The notes under the pieces: generated by a model
Databases searched by the model: none
The model's input: the letters and a program-made list of their open reading frames with translations, nothing else
What the model was told of the DNA's origin: nothing
Shown: positions 9,101 through 19,700 of the stretch, one piece after another
Layout: every line of letters begins with the position of its first letter
Position numbering within the stretch: position 1 is the stretch's first letter
Made by a program: the position numbers and the translations under genes
Source: an uncultured archaeon
Lineage (GTDB): Archaea; Iainarchaeota; Iainarchaeia; Iainarchaeales; DATDZZ01
Assembly: GCA_964373795.1 (NCBI GenBank)
Contig: CAYJVY010000005.1
Coordinates: 23,846 to 55,845 of the forward strand
Length of the DNA stretch: 32,000 nt
Direction of reading: 5' to 3'

Positions 9101-12100
9101 GGGAAGAACTTCAAGGCAAGGAAAAGTTGAATTAAATTTACCTCCTCAAAACCCTGGAGACAAATTAATTTTGAAAACTCAAAAAGAATTATTTAATTCA
9201 GTTGAACAAGAAATTTTAGTGAAAAAAGAAATTGTTTCATTCAATCCTGCAACTGTAGGAGTAAGCGTTAACATTAAAACAGTTCAACAAAAAGATGAAA
9301 TAATTAATGCAAGAAATTTAACTAATTTTCCTGTAAAAATTAATTCAATTCAAGTAACTGGAAACTTTAAAGGAGTATTAAATGAAGAAGAAATGAATAA
9401 ATTCTTGAAACAATTTGAGGGAACTGTTTTAGAGCCAAGCGAATCAAAAGAATTAATTTTAAGAACAGTTATTTCAGAGGAAGGAAAATTATTGAATGAA
9501 AGAACTGATTTTAAGTCAACTTTAAGAATTGGAGTGGAAAACTTTGGACAAATTTGGAGCTTTGAATTACCTGTAACAATTGCTGTAGGCATTGGAGCAG
9601 AAGTAGAAAAACCTGATTGCTTGAAGTTAAGCAAAACTGAGTGGAAGATTTCAAGTGAAGGCCAACCAGTTTCAACTGAATTTGAAATAAAAAATGACTG
9701 CGTTGTTTCAGGGAAACCAATTCCTTTAAGAAACTTGCAAGTAAAATTTAATCCTCAAGGAAACATTTTAGGAGAATATTTATTAGAAATAAAAGAAGAC
9801 ACTATAACTAAAGCAAAAGTAAATGTTCGAAGCGCGTTCTTTAAAAACATTGTAGCAATCTTAGATCCAAATAAAAGATATTCAGCTGTTTTAAGTTTCA
9901 CTCCAAACGGAGGAGTAAATGGAACAGCTAAAGGAACACTTCTTTTAAGTGCAGAAAATAAATTGGATTCAGGAGATCAAGTAATTGAATCAAATCTTGA
10001 AACAGAGGTTCCAATAGTGAATTTAAGGGAATGCATTTCATTCTCAAATGATTTAGTTATAATAGATATTTCTAAACCAGAAGGAGAAAGAAAAGGATCT
10101 TTTAAAATTGATACTGATGGCTGTGGAGGAAAAACTGAATTCAAGTTTGATTCAAAGCTAGAAATTTTAACTGGAAAAAATGTTTCATTAAAAGAAAAAG
10201 ATTCAAAAGAAATTGAAGTATTTGCTGGAACAAATTTTGCAGGACAATATCCTTTAAGAATTGAAGTAAAGCCTTCTCATACAACTACTTTTAGGAATGC
10301 TAAAATGATTAGGGTTCGCTTGATTGATCCAAATAGTTGTGTAACATTAGATAAATTTGAATTCGAAGTATTCAAAGAACCTGGAAATGATTTCTCTGGA
10401 TATGATACAGCTGAGTTAACAAATAATTGTTTAGAGAAAAGAGTTCAAGTAAAATTAAACATGAAAAGCTGGAGAGATGCAATTGAAACAGGGGCTATTT
10501 GGGGAATAGCTGCATTTGCAGTTGGAACAGTTTCCAGAGCAGCAGCTGGAGATGAAGAAGAAAAAACAGACGGAGAAAAACCAAAAGATAAACAACCTGC
10601 AGCAGATCCTACAAAAACTCAAGTAACAGATCAGAATCAAACAGATCAAAATCAACAAAAAAAAGGAGGAGGAATTTTTGCGTGGATAACTAATGTATTG
10701 GGCCTTGGCGGAAGAGACAAAAATGCAGGCCCTGAACCAGCAACTCCTGGTAAGCCAGCAGGAGATAGTGATAATCAAACATCCGCAAGCATTCCACAAA
10801 CTGTTTTAAATAATCTTCCTTCAGGAGCCACAAATATAAATATAATTAACGAAACTATCAATGAATATAACGTAGAATATACATTGAACGGAGTAAAAAA
10901 AACACAAGTAATTGATCTTCAGGCTATAAGAACTGGAGTGACTTCAGGAGACGAACATCAAGCAGTGGCTGGAACTGCTTTGGTTTCAGGGATTACTGCT
11001 TTGGCTGGAGCTGAAGATACTGGAGCTCAATTAGGTGGAGCAGCAGGAGATGCTTTAATTGGAGGAGTCTCGAAAGGAATTGGAAACATGTTTAGTGGAA
11101 TGCTTGGAGGAACTGCTCCATGGGTTTCAGGTTTGGCTACTTTTGCTTTAATGACTGGATTAACTTATTTAAATCAAGGAACTACAACAGTTGAAACAAC
11201 TGTTAATGATATTGGGTTAACTCCTGATAAATTTAAAATGTTGAAGGAAACTGGAAAAGATGGAGACTTTGATGAAAGAGTTAGCGTTAAACCAGAAAAA
11301 GAATCTTTTAGACCAAATCCAAAAGATAATAGATTGAAAGTAAAGGAATTGGGTTTGACTTTTAAAAACGAGCAACCAGGAAAATGGACTGGAGATATTT
11401 TTAGCGTATTAGATTTGAAAGGAGATCAATGGCAGTATAACACTGATAAAGAATATAAAGCTTCTTCAGGGTTTTGGGATAGAGCAAAGAAAAGAATTTC
11501 AGAAAACAAAATAGATAAACAGCTTTTCCCATTCAATCAAAAATTCCATTTACAGTTAACTTCAGTGAATCCAAGAGATGTGAACTTTGAATTACCTCCT
11601 ACAGGGCCTGCATGTGAATTACTTGGAGGAGGAACAGGAGATACAGGACCAAACGCTGTTGGCTTGCCAAGAATTGGTTTAGCTCATGCAAAAGAAATTG
11701 GATGGAATTGGGACGACTTTCCAGCTCCTACAAGCACTAATCCAAAAGGCTTGCCAATTAATGGAAAGATTTGTGATGTAAGCGATTCAAATGACTTTAT
11801 TTACTGTGATGCAACTCAATTCAGTATAGCTGTTTTAAGAAAAGTTGAAACTCTAAGAAAATTTTTAGAGCAATCAAATAATTCATTTATTTGTCCTGCA
11901 GCAGAAAAAGCTGCTTCAACTAAAACAAATACAGTAAAAGAAGACAATGTAGGAATTAGCTTGCTTGAACCAGTAAAACAAGGAAACGATGTAAACATTG
12001 AAGTAGAAGTATTCAATAACAATCAACAACAAATGGAAGTAGAATTAATTGTAAAAGTTTCCGGGCCAAATTATTCAAAGGAAGAAAAAAAGCAATTAGG

Positions 12101-13682
12101 AAAAATCACTAAAGAAAAAATTGGGTTTGCATTCACTGGATTAGGAGCAGGAGATTACACTGTTGAAGCAAGAATTAATCCAAACACTCAGTCTTGCACT
12201 GTTTGCTTTGATAAAGAGCCAAACGATAACATTGTTTTAAGTTCTTTCACTATTGGAGCAAGCGGTGGATTAACTAAATGTAAACCAGGAGATTATGAAG
12301 TTTATAATACTAAAAATTTAATTGAGTTCGTGGAAGCAACTGAAGAAGCAAAAAGAAATGTGACCTATACAGGCATTAGTAATAATGTAAAAGAGCAAAA
12401 AAAAGAATACTTGGCTTCTTTAATTAATTTCCAGTCTTATTTAATGTTTGATAGATTCTCTAAAGACTTTCAAGAAGACTTTGATGAATATTATAAAGCA
12501 AGGGCTTTTGCTCAAGCTCCTTCAGATTACAGGGATAGCAAGACAGGTTTAGGAGTCTTATTTAGAGATCCAAGTAAATTCAAGTTTGAGAGTAGATTAG
12601 GACAAACTCCTCCAACTGGTTTAGAGGTTTCACCTGGATTATATCAAGTGAATTTAGAAATTGAATTTGAAAACGATTCATGGCAATTGTTTAAGAATGA
12701 CAGGCCTTCAGCAGTAGTGCATGTAAAAATGCAGAAAATTAAGGCTCCATCTCCTGATTCGCCTTTTTATTACATGCCTTTTGATGGATTACTAGGAGAA
12801 GGAAATGAAAGAATTAATTACGGAGTAAACTTTGAAGGCGATCCAGATGTTAAATTAAATAATGACGATAAAATGATTGTTAAAACACTTGACAGGCCTG
12901 GATCAAATGCAGTGAAAGACGTTAAAGTGAATTTCTCTGACGCGTTCACTACTTTAAATGTATTTAATAGGGGAAGCATTTTAAGTGTAGCTCAAGGAGA
13001 AAAAATTGATTTAACTTTTAGTCCAAGTTATGCAACTCCAGTAATAATGAAGGTAGAGAATAATCAACAAGATGCTTGGGCGTTTTACTCTGTTGCAATA
13101 AATAATTCCACTGTTCAATCAAATACAGGGCCTCAAAACCTTTTATGGAATGGAATTGGATTGCAATGCTTAGACTTTGAAGGAAGAGCAATAAACGATA
13201 TTTACAGAGAATTTGCAGATGAACATGCAGTTGCAGGGCCTCCAACAATTCAATGTGCAAAAGTTGGAGATAATAAAGATGTAATTTATGGATTAGAATG
13301 GTGTGGCCCTGATCTACCTAAATCTGGAAACATGTTTTTGAAAACAGTTATTTTTACTCCTCAAGGACAAACATCAATACTGCAAAGAGAATCAGGAAAC
13401 GATAAAGTAGAATTTTATAGTCCTGTTGAAGCAAGTTATGGAGAAAAGATTTCATTAGGAGGAACTCCAACAAGCAATATTCCTACAGGAGCAAAAAAGA
13501 TTGAAAAAAATAATAATTTAGACAGGCTTCAATCAATTCAAGACATTTTCAAACTAGTAAGAGAAGGACATGTATGTATTAGTGGAACAGGAGCAAAATC
13601 AGAATTTGTATGGAATACAAAACCATTATATGATTTCCTAGTAGAACAAGAAAAACAAGCAATCAATCAATGTATTAGATAA
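6186..13682 (+). CDS. Giant membrane-anchored surface-type protein, paralog 2 (2498 aa)
   Basis: Uninterrupted 7.5-kb ORF with a GTG start and GGTG Shine-Dalgarno motif. A hydrophobic anchor FALLILILLALLLFAGVTLL (nt 6318-6377) follows a 44-aa N-terminal tail. About 6 CarboxypepD_reg-like repeats follow, then the conserved central and C-terminal modules shared with paralogs 3 and 4. Confidence 0.95.
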   Translation: MGIAEGISKFYYSLEAKYYGVLDKINEKIPIYALIDPIDRFAPSFALLILILLALLLFAGVTLLNTIPIQVTENDLTVIVLDEKGSVLEEADVKVVFQSKDFPKKTNKKGEAIFSVPSNAQLSIEISKDKFEAIKKEIKFQGKNQIEQVNLIAVKEEEQQKIFFVKDERGKALKDARVTFTCSDKSARQPDAQTTDFSGKLKIAVPSNCGELTFSARLEKFKNLDGVKADKTTIVLQPDEARVGKITVGITSNGKNLDGVEVHVYRFNEEELGPEKTVHSANGLAVFDNLFAGEYIVRVNAESGFGPFKSEKISLTSGQEKNTQVKLDKKPIGKILVKVLQEKNKLPLEKAKVKLRKGSEELGATDSNSDGIAVFDITEDSEYEVVVDHSDYLVRAVSGVKKDLLREISLEKFTGENGGTLKVKVVDSKGNSVHGAIVALYDMDAKQVSIYEEQSTDLNGVASFTRVQSGNYKALAFKESAKGSSDAQRFDRRLSAQITLRATLIIEDSQVEVIVKDEEGVAVSQARVTLFDEFNDKVVGSDFTSAEGKIVFENIPADKAVYVKVTKEKTSFYSASKKVLPKETVSFNAFIEKRPPLGEVKVKFLGLYKAGEKVESLKEGVVTNVATGERYAARFRVIIPEENDYSEVGLHVRTGTKEILEKDSLFIKAINGPLAEVKKGLSFNPSSGYQEDSKNVAFNDAKWVEFVWNKPTPGIYEFETLIEVKQNAKLDEKLSIFYRTWAIEKGDRKRDPEMPPSKNHPFYDDTEEVLYQVGITTLCDDAFCFDAQILNVGEKIVKSLAEELTYSADVFSNYNLKFNLLNNTEFGENPHTNAFLRIRNPEENLVFERFELNLGDKGKKSGTLNASAFEDQQVEVFEAKERLIADIDFKTQKSGNGAIVIELVSDNQVVFSKQIIVNVSSTKDLDVKFDPRELASGVQNKLSIEVRDKLTGVEVEKALVSVLDRHKIELTKGRTSRQGKVELNLPPQNPGDKLILKTQKELFNSVEQEILVKKEIVSFNPATVGVSVNIKTVQQKDEIINARNLTNFPVKINSIQVTGNFKGVLNEEEMNKFLKQFEGTVLEPSESKELILRTVISEEGKLLNERTDFKSTLRIGVENFGQIWSFELPVTIAVGIGAEVEKPDCLKLSKTEWKISSEGQPVSTEFEIKNDCVVSGKPIPLRNLQVKFNPQGNILGEYLLEIKEDTITKAKVNVRSAFFKNIVAILDPNKRYSAVLSFTPNGGVNGTAKGTLLLSAENKLDSGDQVIESNLETEVPIVNLRECISFSNDLVIIDISKPEGERKGSFKIDTDGCGGKTEFKFDSKLEILTGKNVSLKEKDSKEIEVFAGTNFAGQYPLRIEVKPSHTTTFRNAKMIRVRLIDPNSCVTLDKFEFEVFKEPGNDFSGYDTAELTNNCLEKRVQVKLNMKSWRDAIETGAIWGIAAFAVGTVSRAAAGDEEEKTDGEKPKDKQPAADPTKTQVTDQNQTDQNQQKKGGGIFAWITNVLGLGGRDKNAGPEPATPGKPAGDSDNQTSASIPQTVLNNLPSGATNINIINETINEYNVEYTLNGVKKTQVIDLQAIRTGVTSGDEHQAVAGTALVSGITALAGAEDTGAQLGGAAGDALIGGVSKGIGNMFSGMLGGTAPWVSGLATFALMTGLTYLNQGTTTVETTVNDIGLTPDKFKMLKETGKDGDFDERVSVKPEKESFRPNPKDNRLKVKELGLTFKNEQPGKWTGDIFSVLDLKGDQWQYNTDKEYKASSGFWDRAKKRISENKIDKQLFPFNQKFHLQLTSVNPRDVNFELPPTGPACELLGGGTGDTGPNAVGLPRIGLAHAKEIGWNWDDFPAPTSTNPKGLPINGKICDVSDSNDFIYCDATQFSIAVLRKVETLRKFLEQSNNSFICPAAEKAASTKTNTVKEDNVGISLLEPVKQGNDVNIEVEVFNNNQQQMEVELIVKVSGPNYSKEEKKQLGKITKEKIGFAFTGLGAGDYTVEARINPNTQSCTVCFDKEPNDNIVLSSFTIGASGGLTKCKPGDYEVYNTKNLIEFVEATEEAKRNVTYTGISNNVKEQKKEYLASLINFQSYLMFDRFSKDFQEDFDEYYKARAFAQAPSDYRDSKTGLGVLFRDPSKFKFESRLGQTPPTGLEVSPGLYQVNLEIEFENDSWQLFKNDRPSAVVHVKMQKIKAPSPDSPFYYMPFDGLLGEGNERINYGVNFEGDPDVKLNNDDKMIVKTLDRPGSNAVKDVKVNFSDAFTTLNVFNRGSILSVAQGEKIDLTFSPSYATPVIMKVENNQQDAWAFYSVAINNSTVQSNTGPQNLLWNGIGLQCLDFEGRAINDIYREFADEHAVAGPPTIQCAKVGDNKDVIYGLEWCGPDLPKSGNMFLKTVIFTPQGQTSILQRESGNDKVEFYSPVEASYGEKISLGGTPTSNIPTGAKKIEKNNNLDRLQSIQDIFKLVREGHVCISGTGAKSEFVWNTKPLYDFLVEQEKQAINQCIR
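6411..7955 (+). other. Array of about 6 carboxypeptidase-regulatory-like (prealbumin-fold) beta-sandwich repeats in giant 2
   Basis: Recurrent units of about 80 aa fit the pattern G-K-I-x-V-x-V...G-x-x-L-x-G-A/V-x-V...(D/N)-x-x-G-x-A/V-x-F..L..G-x-Y-x-V-x-V. Examples are GKITVGITSNGKNLDGVEVHVY...ANGLAVFDNLFAGEYIVRVNA and GTLKVKVVDSKGNSVHGAIVALY...NGVASFTRVQSGNYKALA. Confidence 0.65.
10491..11171 (+). other. Mid-protein hydrophobic helices of giant 2, separated by a low-complexity insert of about 190 aa
   Basis: GAIWGIAAFAVGTVS (10491-10550) and APWVSGLATFALMTGLTYL (11115-11171) flank an acidic, Q-rich and Gly/Ala-rich sequence (EEEKTDGEKPKDKQ...TDQNQTDQNQ...GGAAGDALIGGVSKGIGNMFSGMLGG). Confidence 0.55.
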
Positions 13683-13726
13683 TTGAGTTAACTAAAAGTG
13701 AAACTGTAATTTTTTAGGGTATGTGA

Positions 13727-16700
13727 ATGGGGTTAACTGATGTATTTCAGGGAAAAAAAGTAATTGCATTAGCACTGATTTTAATAGTTGTTATAATAGC
13801 TGGTTATTTCTTTTTCAGTGGAGGCCTTGGAGGAGGAGAAAAGGGAAGTATTACTTTAAAGTTTTTAGAAGACGAAAAACCTTTAAAAGGAGTTAAAGTA
13901 AGTGTTACTTTTGAAGGTGAAAAAAAAAGCTTTACTTCAAATGAAAAAGGAGAAGTAATAATTACAGATATTTTGCTTGGAACACGAATTAAAGCTGAAG
14001 CAGAATTAGAAGGGTTTCAAAAAATTTTAAGAGAACTTGAAGTAAAACAAGCTGATTTAAAGTTAGAAGTTCAAATGCCTTCAACTGAAATTAAGAGAAC
14101 TCAAATAATTAAATTAGTTCAAGGAGAAGATGAAAGTCTTTTAACTAAAAAAGCAACTTATAGTTTGAGTTGCACTAATTCTGAAGGAAAAGTAGAGCCT
14201 TCAACTGGAAGTGTTTCAGATGGAGTAATTAAAGCTGTTTCAACAGAGAAATGTGGAAGCATTTTATTACAGGCTTCAGCAGATGGATTTATTTCAGTGC
14301 AATCATTTGAAGTGAAAAATGCTTCAGAAAAAGTTTTATTAAAAGAAGTAGAGGTTTCAACTGGAAAAATTAAAGTAACAGTTAAAGACGATGAACAAAA
14401 ATCTTTAGACGGAATTAGAATTCAAGTATTCAATGAAAGCGGAGTAGAAAAATTCACTGAATCAAGTGTGCAAGGATTAAAAGTTATTCCTGAAGTGCAA
14501 ACAGGAGAATACTATGTAAGTGTTTCAGATTCAAAAGATGTATTCGGTACACAGAAAAGCGTTGTAAAAAGAGTGAACAAAAATCAAGAAACTCTTTTTG
14601 AATTTGTTTTAAGTAAAAGCATTAAAGGAAAAATTAATGTAAAAGCAATAGATGATTCAACTAAAGCAGAATTAAGTAATGTAAAAATTCAGTTATTCAA
14701 GAAAGGAGAAAACACTCCAATTTCAGATGATTCAACTAAAGCAGGGGAAAAAGTTAGTTTTAGTATTACTGAAAAAGGGTTATACATTGTTAGAGGTTTA
14801 TTGGAAGGATTTTTGTATGGAGAAGAAGAAGTTGATTTAAGTGAAGGAGAAAAAGATATTACTTTAAAGCTAGTGAAAGCAACTCCAGAGAATAGTGGAA
14901 AAATAGTTGTAAGCATTAAAGATGAAGATAACAAGCCAATTGAATCAGCAGAAGTATTTGTATTTGACGGAGTAACTGATTTCTTGTATCCATTTGAATC
15001 AAAGTTAAGTGATGCAAACGGAGAAACTAGATTTAGTGGATTAAAAGAAGGAACTTATTTCATGAAAGCAGTGAAAGGAAATTTGGAAGCAATTTCTTCA
15101 AAGAAAAAAATTGATATTAGAAAAGAATTTCCTTTTGAAATTAAAATGCAAAGAGGAAATGGAACTCTTTCAATTGAAGTAGTTGACTTGGATAACAAAT
15201 CAATTCCTAATGCAAGAATTCAATTACATTTGGTTGGAGAAACAGATATAAAAGAAGCTTTAGGAAACCCTGAAGGAAAATCAGAGATTTCTTTGAAAGG
15301 AGATTCAAGAGTTTATGTAAGGGTTTCAGCTGAAGGCTTTGCAGCATTTTTTTCTCAAGCAGTTCCAATTGAAGCAGGAGAAGAAGCAAAAATTAAAGCA
15401 GTGTTAGAGAAAACAATTCCTGGAAGAGATCCAAAAATTAAGTTGCTTGGAATTTTTGTAGATGAATCTTCCCAAATAGAGATAACTGAATTAAAGCCTG
15501 GAACAAATTATATTGCTAGACTGCAAGTAAAAATTCCTGAAAACGCTGATTACAGAAAAGTAGGAATTCATTTTAGAACAGGAAAACTTCCTTTAATGGA
15601 GCAAGACAATATTTTAATTAAAGAAGTAATTGCTCCAAACGCAGATGTAAGAAAGGGAACAACATTTAATCCTCCATTAGGACAAGCAATTGATTTAAAG
15701 AATATTTCTTTTGCTGAAGCAAAATGGGCAAACGTTGTATTAAGAGATGTAGAAAAAGGAGTCTACAATATTGCTGTAAGTTTAAGAGTTAAAACTCAAG
15801 TAGTGCAAGGAGATGACTTGCCTTTTTATTACAGGGTTTGGGCGGAAACTCCTTCAAAAGAATTTTTAAGAGATCCAATTGATTCAGAACTAGGAAATGC
15901 TAGAAGCACTTCAACTAAAGAAGAATTATATGCAGAAGCGTATAGTAAAAGACAGTCAGCTGGCTTGCCATCTGTTTGTGATGAAACATTTTGTTATTCA
16001 GGGGAAAGAATTCTAGATTTAGAGGATAAGAAATTCAAACTAGTTCCATATGATGTAAGCGTTTTTGGAGTGCATAAATTCTTTTTCGAAATAACAAATA
16101 ATAGTGAAACAGTTCACGATCGCGCGGAGATTAGAATAAAGAATTTTGTTGAAGGAAAACTAGTGGATGATGCATTAGAATTAATTGATTACAAAATAGT
16201 GAATGCAGATGCAAAAGAATTCAAGTCTTCAGGAATTTCATTAAACAAGTTGCCTGAAATAGAGTTAGGAAGTTATACTAGAAATAAAACAGTTAAAGGA
16301 GAAATAACTTTTATTCCAAAAAAAGTTGGAAGAACTAATTTACAGTTAGAAATTGTTAGCGGAATAAGAGTTGGATCAGATGTAGGAGGATCAAAGGTTT
16401 TTGAAAAAATTATTCCAATAAATGTTTTAGCAAATAAGAAATTAAAGCTTGAATTAAAGCCAAGCATTTTACCTTCATTTATTGATAACAAGGTTGAAGT
16501 AAAAGTAACAGATGAAGAAAGCATTACTTTAAAGAATGTAAAATTAAGGGTTTCTAAAATCACTCCAGCAAATGTGAGAATAAAAATTGGAGAATTTTAT
16601 TCCAATGCAAACGGAAATGCTTTTTTCACTTTGCCTTCTTCAAGTCCTGGATCGAAATTCATTGTTGAATCAGAGTTAACTGGATTTGAGTCACAGAAAA

Positions 16701-19700
16701 CTGAGGTAAAAATTGCTTCAGAAATCGTTGCATTTGATCCATTGCCCCCAAATCCATTAAAATTAGAGTTGCAAACAATTGGAATAGATGAAGACACTGC
16801 AACAATTAAAGCAACTAATTTAATTGATGCTCCATTGAAATTAAAGAAAGCATTTGTTTCAGGGTATTTTAAAAGCTATTTAGATGAAGCTGCAATGAAT
16901 AGATTCTTGCAAGGATTTGTTGAAACAACTGAGTTAAAAAAAGACGAAGAACAAAATTTGAGTTTATTGAAAGCAAAACTAGTTAATGCATTACAATTAT
17001 TTGAACCAGATAAAGTTAAAGGAGAAATAAATTTAGTGTTTGAATCAGTGAAACTTGGAAAGACTTGGGCTTTCAGCATTCCATTTGAAGTAAGCGTTGA
17101 AATAGGAAAAGGTCCTTCAGCAGATAATTGCTTGGTTTTAGAACCAGTTCCATTGTCAAGCATTCCTAAATGGAATTCAGTTACTCAAGGGGAAAGAATT
17201 GCAAATGAATTCATTTTATATAATTCTTGTAAAATTAATGGCAAACCAGTTGAAGTAAGAAACTTGAAAGCAGGAATTGAATGGAAGGGAAACAAGATTG
17301 GAGATGTGCAGTTAACTTTAACTGATCAAGAAGAACATACAGCTGTTCCGCCTGAAACTTTAAGAGAAGGAGAATTCACTAATCCTTTTATTGAAATAGT
17401 TAAAGCACTTCAAAAAGGAAGTTCAGGCCCGCAATACACTGGAATTTTGTATTTCACTCCAAAAGCAGGACATGAAGGAGAGGATACTTCTTTCACTGTA
17501 AAAATTAGAGCAGAAATTGGAACAAATCAAGGCCCTAAAGAAATTTCCACTACTCAAGACATTACTGGAAACATTAAAGTAATTAATTTAAAGGACTGTT
17601 TAGAGTTAACCCCTACCCCAGAAGAAGGATTAAAGATTCCAGCTACTTCTTTAGAAGGAGAAGGATTTTTTGAAATTGATTCAACTAAATGCGGCCCTGC
17701 AACAATTCAAATAAGTATTTGCAGAGGAGACGATGGTTGTAGAGGAAACCCTCAAATAAAAGAAGGCGGATTAAGAGTTGAACCAAAAACATTTAATTTA
17801 AGTAAATCAAAGCAAAAGCAAAAAATTAAGTTAAAAAAAGAAGAAGGAATTCCAGGAATTTACGGAGTAACAATCTTTGCTTCTCCAGGTGGAAGTAATT
17901 TTGTTCCAGTGAAAACACTAGATGTATTAATAGAACCAAATTTAGATGAACATTATTTTTGGTTAGACAAATATGAATTCAGCGTGATTGGAAGAGAAGG
18001 AAAAGATTCAACTGCGTTGTTTAACACTCAATACAAGGAAAATGTTTCAGTTGAAGCAAAAAGAAAATATCATGGCCAAGCAGCAGGAAATAATGCAACA
18101 AAAGCTTTTTGGACTGGAGCAATTGCAGGAGTTGGAACAGGAGCTGCAACAGTTGGAGCATTAATTGCAGCAGAAGCAACTGTTCCAGTAATTGGATGGA
18201 CAGCAGCAATTGTAACAATAGTTGTATGGGCAGCTGTTTCATTTTTAACTTATCAAAAAAATAAAGATAAAGCAAACGAATTAATTACTAAAAACTTTGA
18301 AGACTATGTAATTGAATTAACTTCAGATAGAAGAGATGTATTAATTGAAGGATTAGATAATAAAATTAAAGCTGAATGGAATACAAAATACAATAATGTT
18401 TTCTCTGATTCAAGAACTGGAAAAGTAACCCAAATAAATGCATTAAAATTTTTAAACGATGGAAATCTTTCCAAGCCTCAACTAAGTTATGGAATACTAA
18501 ACGTTAAAGCAATTGAACATATTCATGGAGATCCAACTCATAAAGCTGCAAGAGTTTTATGTGGAAACAGCGATTTTTGGCATTTCAATATTCCAAGTTC
18601 TTGTAGCGGTGCAAGAGATGAATTAGTTTCAAAGAAATTCCATGTAAGATTTAAAACTCAAGAAGAACCAGAGCCATTGCCTGAATTAAATTTTGAAACA
18701 TTTGAATGCAAAGCAGGAGCTTTAAGAGGGGTTACAGGAAAAGGAGCTAATCCAAAAATTAAATTGGATTGGGATTGGGATAAAATTAAAGTTGATTCAT
18801 GTGATGCAAACAATCCTGAAACATTTTACTGTGATTCAACTCAGTTTTCAATTTCTTTAGTGAAAAGATTAAATAAATTAAAAGAATTTTTCGAGAGAAA
18901 CCAAGGAGTATTTGAATGCCCTCCTTCAATAAGCGATGCATACGATAAAGCTAACAATCAAGAATCAAGTAATGTAGTTAAAAAAGACTTTATTGGAATT
19001 TCAAAACTTGAAACAAAATTCTATTCAATTGAAAACGATGCAAACGCAATTGTATTCTTAGACAATAAAACAACTTCAGATCAATCAATTGATTTAACAG
19101 TAAATTTGAAAACACTAGACAATGAAGTAATTAAAGATGTTTGCGAGAAAAAAGCAATTGCATTAAAGCCTGGAACAAATAAAGTTGGATGTGAATTTAA
19201 AGCAATTCAAAAAGGAAATTACTTTATTGAAGCATTAATTACTAATAGTTCAACTCAAAACTTGGATCCATTTGAACCAACTATTTCAATAATAGTTCAA
19301 GATGAGCCTTTAACTTCAACTGTAAATTCGACTTGTAAAGTAATTAAAACAACTGAAGACTTGCAAGGATCTCCAATAATAATGGCTTTCATTGAAGCAC
19401 AAGAAAAAGCAGGAAAAAAAGTAGAATATTCAACTGATACTCCAACAGAGGATTGGATTAATAATAAAGAAGAATTATTGAATACAATTAAATTTGATGC
19501 ATTTTTAATGAAGGACGGATATTCAAGTGATTTCAGAAAAGACTTCATTAGATTTTATACTACTCAAGCACTCCCTAAAGCTCCAGACTACTTTGATAAC
19601 ACTACTGCAGGAAAAGGAAGATTTAAAGATTTCTTTGAAGACAATGAAAAACTTGTTTTCACTCAAAAGTTTTTTGAAAGAAATTCAACTCTTGATTCGC

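Noticed and set aside
13671-13679. CaaX-like prenylation box at the C-termini of the giants (QCIR, RCIG, ECILN)
   Set aside because: Only one of the three fits C-a-a-X spacing, and the predicted location is extracellular. The terminal Cys is more simply a disulfide partner of the conserved VC(I/V) Cys about 50 residues upstream.
13920-13928. A9 homopolymers near the 5' ends of giant 3 (13920-13928) and giant 4 (20851-20859) as slipped-strand phase-variation switches
   Set aside because: Equivalent A7-A9 runs occur in unrelated genes here (for example 3700-3708 in the MNT gene and 6495-6501 in giant 2). They simply encode Lys-Lys in an AT-rich, Lys-rich proteome. Read-level length variation would be needed to revive the idea.
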